Source of the DNA: Tubulanus polymorphus
Taxonomy: Eukaryota; Animalia; Nemertea
DNA length: 64,000 nucleotides
NCBI RefSeq assembly: GCF_964204645.1
Contig: NC_134036.1
Span: 5,114,600 to 5,178,599 of the forward strand
Direction of reading: 5' to 3'
Shown here: positions 12,669-25,029 of the stretch, one piece after another
Position numbering within the stretch: position 1 is the first letter of the stretch
How the letters are laid out: each line of letters starts with the position of its first letter
Program-made: the position numbers and the translations under genes
Notes under the pieces: generated by a model
Seen by the model: only the letters and a program-made list of their open reading frames with translations
Database searches by the model: none
Told to the model about the DNA's origin: nothing

Positions 12669-13775
12669 ATGTGCAGAATGGCTTCAGGTAATTTATCAGA
12701 TCAGTTTCTCAAATTCAATTTCTCAGACCTGACAACCACCACCGAGAAGGTGGGGTTTAAACCTCATTCGCGATGTAAATACATCCATCACGCCGATTAC
12801 AAACCGTTTCACGTGAATCTGTATCTACAGATCACGACTTCCGTTATTTTCAGCATCGCCATCGTCGGTTCCGGCGCAAACTTATTGTCTTTTATCATTC
12901 TCAGTAAAGAACGTTCGAACAACACCAGTATATTCTATTTGAGATGTTTGGCTGTTGCGGACATGTTTATTTGTTTGTCTTATGTCGTATTTGACTTTCA
13001 GTATCGACTCTACAGTAACACGCTGTTACTGGACATGACTGCTGATATAAACCACGTTATGATGCGCATGTATTCGTACACTAAAATCTTTCGATTGTTG
13101 TTTTCGGATATCAGTGATCTGATCACATTGTCAATAGCTATGGATAGATATATCGTTGTTTGTTGGCCCCTGGAGGCTGTTAGAATCATAAGTATGAGGA
13201 AATGCTATGTCTATATCCTTTTAGTTCTGATCATTTCAGTTTGTGACAAGTCTAGGGAGTTTATGAAATTCTATACTAGTCATTCCATTAATCCGTGCAC
13301 CGGGCACGAGAGATGGACTCAAAAATTTACTCCATTTGCTACAAATAGATATGTGAGATACTATGATGTGTTTGTCCGCGCTCCTATATTTACTATAATC
13401 CCGACAGTGATAGTGGTTCTAATAACTATCCGATTGATTTTCACGTTGAGACGCGCAGGAGCAGCGAGAAAAACCATGTCTACAAATAACCAAACTTCTA
13501 GCAGCAGCAGTGACCGTGGTTTAACTCTGACGTTAATTCTTATTTCGTGTTTCTATTTATTGAAAAAAGCGTTTCAACTGAGAGCTGTAATTATCAATCT
13601 TATGTTAACATTGAACGCTGATTTTGGCAAAGATTCCACATTGGCACAGATTGTAAATCAAGTTCAAAATACAGTCAGAGTGATCGTCACGTCTTGTAAT
13701 TTCGTAGTATATTGCGCTTCGAGGCGTCGCTTTCGAAATCAACTGAAATCGATCTTATTCAGGATTCTTAAATAG
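12669..13775 (+). CDS. Class A GPCR copy 3
   Basis: Paralogue, 368 aa, with AMDRYIVVCWP and NFVVYC. Confidence 0.93.
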   Translation: MCRMASGNLSDQFLKFNFSDLTTTTEKVGFKPHSRCKYIHHADYKPFHVNLYLQITTSVIFSIAIVGSGANLLSFIILSKERSNNTSIFYLRCLAVADMFICLSYVVFDFQYRLYSNTLLLDMTADINHVMMRMYSYTKIFRLLFSDISDLITLSIAMDRYIVVCWPLEAVRIISMRKCYVYILLVLIISVCDKSREFMKFYTSHSINPCTGHERWTQKFTPFATNRYVRYYDVFVRAPIFTIIPTVIVVLITIRLIFTLRRAGAARKTMSTNNQTSSSSSDRGLTLTLILISCFYLLKKAFQLRAVIINLMLTLNADFGKDSTLAQIVNQVQNTVRVIVTSCNFVVYCASRRRFRNQLKSILFRILK

Positions 13776-15214
13776 ATCGTCAGAAATGAATGAAATTCAT
13801 TATGCCACTGGTCATTTGACCAAGTTAGGCAAGGCTTAGCTGAAAATCACGCTTTGTGAGTAAGTATTTTACCATACTTGTGACACACACAGGGTTTCTC
13901 ATACAATGTATTTACCCAAACTATTGGATTACTAAATAAATCTTAATCATTTTCTGTTGATTTCTGCAACTTGAATATTTGTGAATTTAGTGTATCACAA
14001 TAGTGTCATTGGATTTTATCCGATATCGCATCTGTTGAACTGGAATAGGGGTTGCGTTTATATAAATACGCCTTAATAAGGACCTTCTTCAAGCCATCGA
14101 TCGTACTTTTATTCGGAATACTGAACTCCATATTCAGGACCGTGATGCAGCCAGGATATAGGAATCCTTCGAGGCCCCTATTTCGATTATTTACACACAC
14201 TCGCAGTTATATGTCTATCTAGGTGATAAAGACAACCCCATCGAATCCGTTTGTAGCCGTTTAAAACTAACGAATTCGACACAATCGTTGAATATCACAT
14301 TGAATTCGTTGAGTAATTCGTATGTTAGACCGGGTGGCTCGCTCGATTACCAGTCACTTGATAACTGGAGGAAGAGGTATGATTCTGAAATTGGAAAATG
14401 TAAATTTCCCCCAAGCGGACGAGCGAAAGTCCCTCCCGAAATTTAAAACCCGTCATTCGCGACGTTTCTAGCAAATGCATAATGTCCTAACGATTTTACG
14501 AGGATACGTCGGAATGAATTTAGTGAAAATCAGTCAACTTTAAAACATAATTGTCGGGAGGAAAAAATGAATTAAATTTGGGATAACATCGGTTATTGGT
14601 CATATTCCATTCAGGAATATGACCAATATGGAATATGACCAATTGATTACTGATTATCATTTCATTATCCCTACTGTGATTAAAAGGGTAACGAAAATAG
14701 CAAATGACACTTCAAACAGCCTATTGTAGGTTTCAGTTAGCTTAATGTTCAATAATTGTAGCACGTCATTAGAGTCATTAGTCGTTCTTTAAGAACTTTC
14801 GTTTTTATTGTCGCCCACTCCATGACGAATTTCGCCAAATTGAAACAATCCAACATTTTTGTTCGGGATTTCATCCGCTTTTTGGTTCACGCGAAATATT
14901 ACACCGATAGATCGTTGCATTATACGCACCGTGTGGAGTTATGGAGAAGGGTCGATTCATTGGGGATATATTTCCGAACTCCTTTCGTGCTCGTTGAAAG
15001 CATAAACAGTTAAACAACCCGATCGTCGATTTATCTACTCGCAGTTTTATTGAATCTTATCATGAACACGAGATTTCACGATATAGTTACAAATATAAAT
15101 TCAATTCGAGCTATTTCATAGTCAGTCGGTAACCCGACAGCGGTTCGGTTTCGAAATCGGATATTTCCCAAACCACCACAAGTATATCCAATTATAAACC
15201 CTTATTACCGACGA

Positions 15215-15506
15215 TTAGGAACAAAATGCGTTCTTACAGTTGCCGCTACAACACTCAGCATCATGGGCACATATTTGGCCATTTATTTCGCAACCTATAT
15301 TTCAAAAAATGAGTTTTGTAGTAAATAGATATTTTATTAAAATTGTTGAAAAAACAAACCCCTGCCCCTGCGCAATATTATCTTTGAATGACCATTCATC
15401 AATTAATTAATTTTCCCAGTCGTTACTCACGGCCTTCTGCAAATGACGCGACACCGACCACGAACACAACAACAGCACATAAGCGATTTATTACATAAGC
15501 GAGCAT
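15215..15506 (-). CDS. Secreted cystine-knot peptide 2; coding exons 15506-15431 and 15294-15215; MLAYVINRLCAVVVFVVGVASFAEG-RCEINGQICAHDAECCSGNCKNAFCS
   Basis: Donor GGC C|gtgagt and acceptor tatag|GT TGC, phase 1 giving Arg. Spacing C-X6-C-X5-CC-X3-C-X4-C. The 3' UTR is homologous to gene 1, with AATAAA near 15047. Absent from the ORF track. Confidence 0.9.
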
Positions 15507-16510
15507 TTTCAAATTTGCCTAGAATTTGAATGGAATATATATCAATAAATGAATTATGGTATTATTTAGTTAACTAAAACTGAATAAAATAATTCCTGTG
15601 TCTTTGCATTAACAGAAACTTAGTGTTCAGCCCTGTGAAAAGCGCCCAAATTAGGTTGCTAGGCAACAACGAACAATAGATGATTTCCCCCCTATTGGCC
15701 AAAAGTGAAAAATCCCAGAGTGTCAGACAGGTGTTTCGAGGTGGGGAGTCTCGACTTTCACTTAAGCCCGGGTGCCAAGCTGTACTCAAAAATGCCCAAA
15801 GATTGATTTCTAGACGTCATACAGTCAGTTGGATGGTTGACTATATGAGCAAATTGGCATTTTAGAAAATCCCATAGTCTGGTCATTCAATAGCTTTCAA
15901 TTGGCTCTCAGCGATTAACCATTTCTCAGAATCGTTCTTTCAACCCGAATGAAGTTCGATGAAGCCCAAAACGACGTTGCATATCCGAATGAAAGATCAA
16001 GACCGTATAGCATCGATTGAACCGTAGGTGACTGCAACGCCCTTCCCTCCCCAAAAAATTTAGATTTTCTTTATCATTTTTCTTGTCAGAGTTTTAATGA
16101 AAGTGCGTATTCGACGGTTCGCCAGAAAGCCATGATGAAATCATGTTCGATTGTTTATTCATACACAGGCTTTTTCTAATAACTTTTTCTAATAACGGTT
16201 TTTTCAAGAAAGAAAATTGGAGGGAAAAGGGAATAAAATGAGAAAGAATTTATTACAGCCGTTTCAAAATGGAAGGGAATAGGAAAAACAATTGAAATGT
16301 GTTTATTTGGCAGAAAACTACAGAGAACGATAAAAAATGGGTGAAAGTAACGATCGATTTGATGCAAATGATAGGAGAAATGAATGTGATAACTTTTTGC
16401 AAATCACGAGTTCGAAGAAAATATTCTGGAAGGCGTGCTCCAAGTATTCACTAAGGTACCCAAACAAACGTTTAAGTGCGAATAATATAGATTTGGCAAT
16501 CTCATCACTT

Positions 16511-16740
16511 ACCTTGGTCACTTCTTCAACTTTCGAAATGAAAATGTCTCGTTTTCTCGAGTCAGGACTTGACGACGAATGAATAAAACGTTTTGCTTGC
16601 GATGATATATACGTTTGAAATAGAACTTGAAATTTAGCAATGATTGCACAGCTTGATGTTGATCGGAACTGATATCCATGTCTTTTTCAAATCGCACCTG
16701 GCACTTGAATCGATCTACGCGCATCGCTATTTACTCGCGC
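16511..16740 (-). promoter_or_regulatory. Putative non-coding first exon, Inr and TATA of knottin gene 2
   Basis: Minus strand reads cgTATATAtc, ~25 nt, TCATTC, then caag|gtaagt (donor 16512). Homologous to 11123-11370. Confidence 0.6.
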
Positions 16741-16984
16741 AAATTATAGAATTATTGTTTTGATATTTCATGAATTTTTTCCTAAAATATATACCTAGTG
16801 CCATTTCAATATTTTCCCTGATGTATTGGTGCATGAAAGTCAAGCCTACATCGACACTGCGTTGGAGACAACTAGTTTCAGGGCAGTTTTCGGCATATGT
16901 GAGCAACTGGCTGGGTACAATCAGTTGCTCGAACGTGTCGATGTGAGCTAGCTTACGATTGGTTAGCATACATCTATTCATCGG

Positions 16985-17100
16985 TTGGAGACGGAAATAA
17001 TGAAGCATAAAACCTCGTTGAATGTTTTAAGGGAGGCTATACATGTCAGAATCAAAAGAACAGAACCAGCATTGAAAAAAACAAGGGGTCCCGTAGTAAG
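16985..17100 (+). mobile_element. Degenerate Penelope-like GIY-YIG C-terminal remnant
   Basis: Translation LREAIHVRIKRTEPALKKTRG resembles the EAIxI...PxLN..G motif at the end of PLE endonucleases. Confidence 0.4.
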
Positions 17101-17256
17101 CGCAAAATTCCAAGCAGTGGGGACTGAATGGATATTATGTAACTGGGATGGAGAAAGCAGTGTGTCTTATGATAAAAAATTGATATACTAGCAGAGTTGC
17201 CGACAGTTCTTGATTTTCAGTATGTTTTAACTATTTTTCAGCAAGATAATTGATCT

Positions 17257-17473
17257 TACGGAGGCGTCCTGGGGACATATCTATCAAAAAAAAATTTTCG
17301 AGGTTAATTCCGAATTGACTGTTAATTAACGAGGTTTACTCCGAGTTACAAACTCGGGATTAACCTCCAAAAATCACATTTAACTGAGAAAACTAGTTTA
17401 TTCCGAGTTACAAACTGGGAATTAACCTCGAAAATTTTTTTCAAAATAGATATGTCCCCTTGACGCTTCCGTA
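17257..17473. mobile_element. MITE with inverted termini
   Basis: tacggaggcgtcctggggacatatctat...aaaattttcgaggttaattcc pairs with ggaattaacctcgaaaatttt...atagatatgtccccttgacgcttccgta. Same termini as the 3679-4093 element. Confidence 0.85.
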
Positions 17474-18845
17474 TATTAATCCGTTTGATACGTACAGAAG
17501 TATGAAAGATGTTACTGAGGGTCTTACTCTTCTTGATTACTGATTAATTCGAAAAATATTTCGATGAAATGTCGCATAAAATTCAATTGATTACTGATAA
17601 CAATTTCGAAGATTGGCAGCTCCGACTAGATAGTAATTGATTATGTGGAGAAAAACCAGTATTCAACAAAGGCTTAGTAGAATTTGATTTCAAAAGTCTA
17701 CAAATAAGGGCTGATTCTACTCTGTGTTTCTTGTGAATGAATAAGTTTCGAGGTCTGAAAGTCAAAATGGCGATCGTGTCTGAAAACCTGATTAACGACC
17801 CGCCTTCATGATTTTGGGAGCGGATCTGTTCAGTGCTCTGTGATACATTAACTAAGTTTACGTCCCGTTTCACCGATGTAAGTCATATTAGAGTATATAC
17901 GGGGTATTTCATAGACCCCAGACTCAACGAGCTCACTCTTGTGGTTTAGTTTTTGGTTAAATCATTGGTGAGTTTATTGTGATCTATCGAAAGATCTAGT
18001 GTCTGGTCTAGTCCTTCGTGCGGATTTAAAAGCGTCGCAATGCGGGTAAATGCGGGATTACGATATTCCGAATCCCAAAGTCCGAGAACAGAATCTGTTA
18101 TGTTGATTTTATGAATCTAAGGAGGGAGGCTGCTAATTAATTAGGCGAAGTATGTAAATAATGTTTATAAATTGTTCACCGACGTAGATAATATGTTGTG
18201 CAGCAATTTCACATACATGCATTATCAAAAGTCACTAATGAGATGTAATTTTACTGAATAATTACTGTGAAATACAATTTTACTGTGAAATATTTTGCCA
18301 TTTTGAATCATGCTATATGCATACCACTCCCGAACTAATATCGCCGCGTTTTTAACCACGCACTCGACAGGGATATCATATTTGAACGGCAATTCACGAT
18401 GGTCGCTCATTGAGCGGAAATTTCAGCTAACAGACTCTTAAGAGCGCAACAGGTGAGTAAATTCAGCTGCAATTGTGTTCGACTATCGATGATCGATTGG
18501 TGACGTGTCGTTCATCGATCACACCGTTTACCAGTGTATACCAACGTCGTATACTAAAGCGCGGTAGGTATTTCTACTAAAACCGACATTAGTTTTAATC
18601 GGTGAAATGAAATGAAATGAAATATGTGTTCATTGTTCCACGTATGCATGTGTGCAAAATGAGCACAGATGATGATTTCTATAAAACCCTTTCAGTGCTG
18701 ACTAATTAATACCGTATAGTGCTGGAAATAATTTGAAAATATTTGAAGATTCCGCCCTAGTGTGTTGAATATCGGGAATACCACTATAGTGTGTCTACAC
18801 CGCGGAGCAGTGTATCGTTAGTTACTAATATTGTGGTTAACTGGT

Positions 18846-19266
18846 TATCCCTGCAGTGATAGTGGTTCTAATAACTATCCGATTGATTTTCACTTTGAGA
18901 CGCGCAGGAGCAGCGAGAAAAACCATGTCTAGATTTAATCAAACTTCTAACAGCAGCAGCAGCAGCAGCGGCAGTGACCGTAGTTTAACTCTGACGTTAG
19001 TTCTCATTTCATGTTTCTATCTACTGAAAAAATCCCTTTTATTCCAAGCCTCCGTTTCGCACTTGATCCAAATCGTCAACAGGACAATAGACAAAGCGAA
19101 ATCGTACGTTTATCTGAATCCGATGCGGAACCTGATGAGAATGATCGTTGCGTCTTGTAATTTCGTCATTTACTGCGCTTCGAGGCGTCGCTTTCGAGCG
19201 CAAATGAATGCGATGTGTTCGATGGAAAGAAGTAGCGATCAATATACTCAAAACCAAAAAGGTTAA
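18846..19266 (+). pseudogene. GPCR 3' fragment (TM5-TM7 only)
   Basis: Homology starts abruptly at atccctgcagtgatagtgg (IPAVIVV). No TM1-4 sequence upstream. The fragment frame is open to the stop. Confidence 0.85.
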
Positions 19267-19834
19267 CCGGCATGTGCTTAATCATCTACTTAAACATTTC
19301 CAGACCGGGACATAGTTTACGTATTGAACAAAGACTCATTGAAACATCAGGTTCTCCAGGTTTTCAAAGACAATCTAAAATACTTGAAACTAGCAATTGA
19401 ATCATTCGGGCACTATTAATTTGTTACTTTCTAGCCAGTGAAAATGAGGGGAACTAAATATGAATGCAATTTACCCGAGTCTTGACCTGTATCGATAAAA
19501 AGACTGGTCAAATTTTAGTCTCATGGAATTTGTGCAAAATCATCTTTTTCTCATAGTTATAGATCGGTGTTAGTTTTTGTCTGAAGAAAAAGATTACTCG
19601 TCGAATGATCTAATTGCCTTTCTCTCTCTCCCGGGAGTAAATGACGGTGTTACCCTTTATTTGCTGAAATTATGAGCATTCTTCGCCGCGTTATCGAAAT
19701 CAACTGTAAGCGCTGTTGTTTTCGTATTGTCTTTTTTTTTCATTGACATTGAAAGATGAATCAACCCACTCCATGTTAATGTCACATCGTGAGTGACAAT
19801 GAAAACTTTGAGGTATGGGTGTAGGCACTTCACA

Positions 19835-19990
19835 GGTGACAGGCCTACTGACCTTATTGTCCGCTAGACGGCGAACTAGTCGAAGGTGGCTGCTCCAACT
19901 GCACATCTCGCATGCTTTAGACCTGTCTTACAGTCGTTGAAATGCCCAAACACTGATACTTGGCGGGATTTTTTGAAAAAAAATCCCGGG
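19835..19990 (-). repeat. Dispersed repeat, also at ~28440-28540 (+) and ~62860-63075 (+)
   Basis: ccgctagacggcgaactagtcgaaggtggctgctccaactgcacatctcgcatgctttagacctgtcttacagtcgttgaaatg matches the reverse complement of 62890-63060 apart from an insertion there. Diverged copy at 28440. Confidence 0.85.
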
Positions 19991-20435
19991 CATCAGGACT
20001 GTATTGTTATATAACACGGAATGGATCAAATAAACGCACGTTCTAGTGGAACTGGAACAAGTTAATTACACAGTTTCGATGATAATTGCCTACACACCTC
20101 AAGAGTAAGGGGTTTGACGTGGGCGGATAAGGTATATTTTCGAAACGATTGAAATACAACAAAAAAGGTTATAATTATGATGATGTCTTCCACTGATGCC
20201 ACCTCCCGGGTTAACAGTACCAACTATGAATATATCATTGATAAAATGCAATGAAATTGCAGTGTGTGTGTGAAGGTCCAGAAATAGCTTCGGTTAAAAA
20301 CAGTATTACGCAGACGGATCGATGACGTAATTACCGATATTCACGTTTTCGATTAAAAGATACCGCGACCGATGCAGTTCAATTAACAATGGGTTCATCA
20401 TCAAATCACGATATCTTTGTTCCCAAAAAACCATA

Positions 20436-20563
20436 GGGCCCAGTTTCACTAATAAAAAAGTTAAATTCGAATTGTTGGTGTAATTGCTATTGGTTACTTT
20501 CAATGAGGTAAGCAGTTCAAACTTAACCGTTTTAGGCTTAAACATTTTCGTGAAACTGGACCC
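20436..20563. mobile_element. Short MITE (PIF/Harbinger-like termini)
   Basis: gggcccagtttcac ... gtgaaactggaccc inverted ends. Related to 49646-49761. Superfamily assignment is inference. Confidence 0.6.
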
Positions 20564-21509
20564 AGGACCCACTTAGTTTTAATCAAGAGGATCATGTGTT
20601 TCACAATTACGAGTACAATTCTGACTCGGAGTCGAGCTCGATTAAATCTAAACATATATTTTCCGGATCTGGTAGGGAACTTTCAACCGAATATCAACAT
20701 CACCTTGTTGGGGGCCTTTTTCAGCGACGCTATATCGTTCCACAAACATTCACACCCTTAAATTGAATGATAAATTCACGGATTATTGGATCGTTGTGTC
20801 AATTATAGTTTAAGATTCGATCGAATGTTCTTTATTTTCTTATATGTTCCATTTTCCAACTTTTATATTTCAAAGTTTAATATATTCCACAATAGTGTAA
20901 TTGGATTTTGACTGATATCGTATCTCTTGAACTGGATCCAGGGGTTACGTTTATAAAAGTCGTAGCCTAATTGTTAAGATCGTCGATATTATCACAACCA
21001 TAATTTCTCCTGGTCAAAGTGAAAAGAAAATTAAATGCAAAAGAAACAATAGAATTTGAATCGAATACGATTAAAGCGAAGATATCTTGACGTGTGGTCC
21101 GAATCGTGGAGAATGAGTTCTCAAATGCCGTGGAACCAATCTTGAAAATGTTAAGAATATTCTTCACATTCTAACCAGGGCTTCATGAATCTATTTTACT
21201 ACATATATCACTTTTGTTTCAGATATCATTCTGCATTTCGCTAAAATGTACATGATTTTTTTCGTATCGATTCGGATCTTGTTTCCATGTCACTGAATGT
21301 AACAAGCCGTTAGAAATTCGCTTCTCCAAAATTACAGGTTTGATGTAGAAAGATTGTTTCTCTGTTGGGTGTCAACTCTAAAACTGTAGTATTCTGATAT
21401 CAAGTCTCTCAGCGCTTTGACGGCTCGACAATGTCTTGTTCATGAACGAAACTCATATCATAAGTTTCTCTACTAACAACCAGTGACTGCGTCTCGTGCG
21501 CGGACGGAA

Positions 21510-22628
21510 ATGTCGGCTTCAGAAAATTTATCGGATAGCGCTCAGTTTACCGACCTCAACGGATCGGACCTGACGACCATTACTGAGAAGGCGGGGTTTA
21601 AACCTCATCCGGGTTGTAAATACGTCCATCATTCCGATTTGAGACCGTTTCACGTGAATCGCTTGATGCAGATCACGACTTACGTCGTGTTCAGTATAGC
21701 CATATACGGTTTCGGTTCAAATTTACTGTCTTTTATCATTCTCAGTAAAGAACGTTCAAACAACACCAGTATATTTTATTTGAGGTGTATGGCTGTTGTG
21801 GACATGTTCATTTGTTTGTCTTATATCGTATTTGACTTTCATTCTTGGCTCTACAGTCACACAGTATTACTGGACATGACTGCTGAAATAAACCACTCGA
21901 TGAAGCGCTTGTATCCGTACACTAGATACATAAGACTTCTGTCCTCGGATATCAGCGATATGATAACATTGTTAATAGCTATAGACAGATATATCGTTGT
22001 TTGTTGGCCTCTGAAAGCTCTTAGAATCATAAGCCTAAATAGGAGTTACGTTTACATCCCTTTTGTTGTGATAATCTCTGTTTGTGATCAGTCTATGAAT
22101 TTTTTCGTGTATTATACAATCCGTTTTATCAACCCGTGCACTGGACGTGACAGAATGACTATGAGATTAACTTCTTTCGCAATGAATAGATATTACAGAT
22201 ACTATGGCGTGTTTGGCCGCGCTCCTATATTTACTATAATCCCGACAGTGATAGTGGTTCTGATAACTATCCGATTGATTTTCACGTTGAGACGCGCAGG
22301 AGCAGCGAGAAAAACCATGTCTACAAATAATCGAACTTCTAACAGCAGCAACAGCAACAGTGACCGTAGTTTAACTCTGACGTTAATTTTCATTTCATGT
22401 TTCTATTTACTGAAAAAATCGTTCAGTCTAAATTCGATAATAAACAATCTCATATATACATTGAACGCTGATATCAGCAAAGATACCCTGATGGCAACGA
22501 TCATCAATAATGTTCAAAATATAATCAGAATGATCGTCGCGTCTTGTAATTTCGTCATTTATTGCGCCTCGAGGCGTCGCTTTCGAAATCATTTGAAATC
22601 CATTTTTTTTCGGGATTCGTTATCGTAA
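21510..22628 (+). CDS. Class A GPCR copy 4
   Basis: Paralogue. First ATG at 21510. Confidence 0.93.
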   Translation: MSASENLSDSAQFTDLNGSDLTTITEKAGFKPHPGCKYVHHSDLRPFHVNRLMQITTYVVFSIAIYGFGSNLLSFIILSKERSNNTSIFYLRCMAVVDMFICLSYIVFDFHSWLYSHTVLLDMTAEINHSMKRLYPYTRYIRLLSSDISDMITLLIAIDRYIVVCWPLKALRIISLNRSYVYIPFVVIISVCDQSMNFFVYYTIRFINPCTGRDRMTMRLTSFAMNRYYRYYGVFGRAPIFTIIPTVIVVLITIRLIFTLRRAGAARKTMSTNNRTSNSSNSNSDRSLTLTLIFISCFYLLKKSFSLNSIINNLIYTLNADISKDTLMATIINNVQNIIRMIVASCNFVIYCASRRRFRNHLKSIFFRDSLS

Positions 22629-22687
22629 TATGTAACGTAGGTTTAACATTCTGAAGCTTTATACCTTCTGACGACTAGGTATTTTAC

Positions 22688-22813
<126 letters not shown>

Positions 22814-23676
22814 AAATAAATCTGTGCCTTGATACGTATATTTTTTTTTTACTCTAAGTTCGGATCTGGTTTCAAAGTCTCTGAGTGCAATGGTCCAGTA
22901 GAAATTCACTGCGCCTAAATTAGAATTTCAAAATGGAATCCTACAGTTTCATTGCTAGGCGTCCAGTCTAGAACTGCAGTATATTGATTTCTAGTCCCTC
23001 GACGTCGGCGCGCATTTGGTGGATCGGCACTGGTCTGTACTAATGAACGAAACTCCTAAGGAAATATGAACAATACGAATAGTTTGATTTGTGTCCGGTA
23101 AAATCTTTGTCTAATGCCCTCTATCAAACATGTACTACTAATATGTTGATGAATATGTTTGTATATACTTATTCTGTACAAAATGTTTTATTGCGGAACA
23201 ATAAACTCTAATTTTGGGTTTTTGAGTGTCGGTTAGTAAAACTGTCATATAATGAATGTGAGTATCTCGAATATATAAGGGTTACTATTTACCATAAACA
23301 AAACATAACTAAAAACTTAGACCACTAATAAGGCTTTGTCCGTGTTCGCTCAGGCGTAACGCGTGATCTCATACGCGATCATACGTGAAGGGAAAAAAAA
23401 CGAGCATTTTGATGCAGATAATGCGACCTATTTACAACTTTGAAACTCTTCAACCTGGTACAAAAACAGTAAACAGCCCGATCATTCATTTATATACGAG
23501 CACTTTTATTGAATCTTTTATTGAATTGACATTTGACGACTGAGCTACAAATATGAATTCGATTCGAGATGTTTCAGAGTCAGTCGGTAACCGGACTGCG
23601 GTTCAGTTTCATAATCGGATATTTCCCAAACCACCACACGTGTACGCATCCTATTATAGACTCTGATCGCCAACCA

Positions 23677-24122
23677 TTAGGAGCAAAATCCGCCTTTACA
23701 TTTACCGCCGCAACACGACTTATTAACGGGACACGGGAAGCCCTTTATACCGCAGTAGCCTACATTCAAATAGACGTGAAATTGCATTTTGAAAGAAAAA
23801 CTATTTTCCTCGAATTCAGGAAGAAAATTTTAACGCCCCGCTCCTGGATGTAGGAATGGTGATGATCCCGACGATCTCCCTCGTTGATATCGACCACAAT
23901 TCCGACGAATATACAGGTATTTTGGAAATACGGACGATATCAAACGTCGAATGAATCCATTTTTGTCAGAATGCATGCATGCAACATTATCTCTGAAATG
24001 CAATTCATGAAATGAAACTTCGTATTGTACTTTACCAGTCGTAACTCACCTTCTGCAAGTGACGCGGCACTGACCACAATCACAACAACAGCGCATAGGC
24101 GAGGTATTAAATTAGCAAACAT
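23677..24122 (-). CDS. Secreted cystine-knot peptide 3; coding exons 24122-24050 and 23759-23677; MFANLIPRLCAVVVIVVSAASLAE-GYCGIKGFPCPVNKSCCGGKCKGGFCS
   Basis: Donor GAA G|gtgagt and acceptor tgtag|GC TAC TGC, phase 1. Spacing C-X6-C-X5-CC-X3-C-X4-C. The 3' UTR is homologous to genes 1 and 2, with AATAAA near 23505. Confidence 0.9.
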
Positions 24123-25029
24123 TTTCAACGCCTAAAAATAAATGAATAACAGGGAAATTCCCTATTTTAAGATAAAAAAAGAATACAAAAACCAGATTAG
24201 AAAATATTTGATAGATGGTAATGCATGTAAATGGATGGAATGAACATCTAATGTTGATTATGACTATAAAGATAATCTTTTCTCTTATCATAATAAAAGA
24301 TAAAAGAACAAAAACAGAACAAAAAAAGTGAAAATAAAGATGTTCGCAATTAGATTGTTTCGTAAATACCTAATTGTGATTATTCAACAGTTGTCAACAG
24401 GCTCTCGATGAATAAACCTTTCATGTCTGAAATATTGCTGCCCCAGAAAAAAACTAATACTGCTTTTACTTTCTATGTGTGTTCGGCTTTATATGCATTA
24501 TACAATTATTAATATTTAGTTTTCGTCTTTAGAACACGGGGTTCATTCGGTTAAAATTCAAACCCGTTATCGAAGTATCCTCTTTAAAACACGAGAATCT
24601 TTTCATTGAAATCAGTTCTTCGCCTCTCTTATAAGACGAACTTGGTTACGAATTTTAAGCAGCTCGTTTTTGAAATCCCCACCCGTTTGAATATAGAAAT
24701 ACTAGACTAAAGTACTGTACTAGACGGTATGATCAGTGACACCTCCATGAATAATCATCGTAAATATGCTATCACAGTACGTATGTTATCTACTTACGGT
24801 TTTGCCTGCGTGTTAAACGTTCGGTTGCTGCATTCGATATAGGAAGCGTTTATGTAGAAAATACGCTCCGAATTTAACACTTCAGATATTCTATTCGGTA
24901 TTTACTTCTATTCAAATCTCTCGACTTGTCGGGTGTTAATTACAGCGCTTGAATTCGGAGAGTGGCCGGGCGAAATATGAAACTATTTTTGCTGAAATAT
25001 TTTTCACTAAAAACAGCGGAGCTTAATCC

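Noticed and set aside
18850-18862. Orphan GPCR 3' halves as alternatively spliced exons via cag|tgatag
   Set aside because: No frame-compatible donor was found in the intact genes (ACA|gtgata would yield immediate stops), and copy 7 lacks the AG.
23940-24128. 62-aa ORF with a signal peptide
   Set aside because: This is the knottin 3 signal exon reading into its intron.
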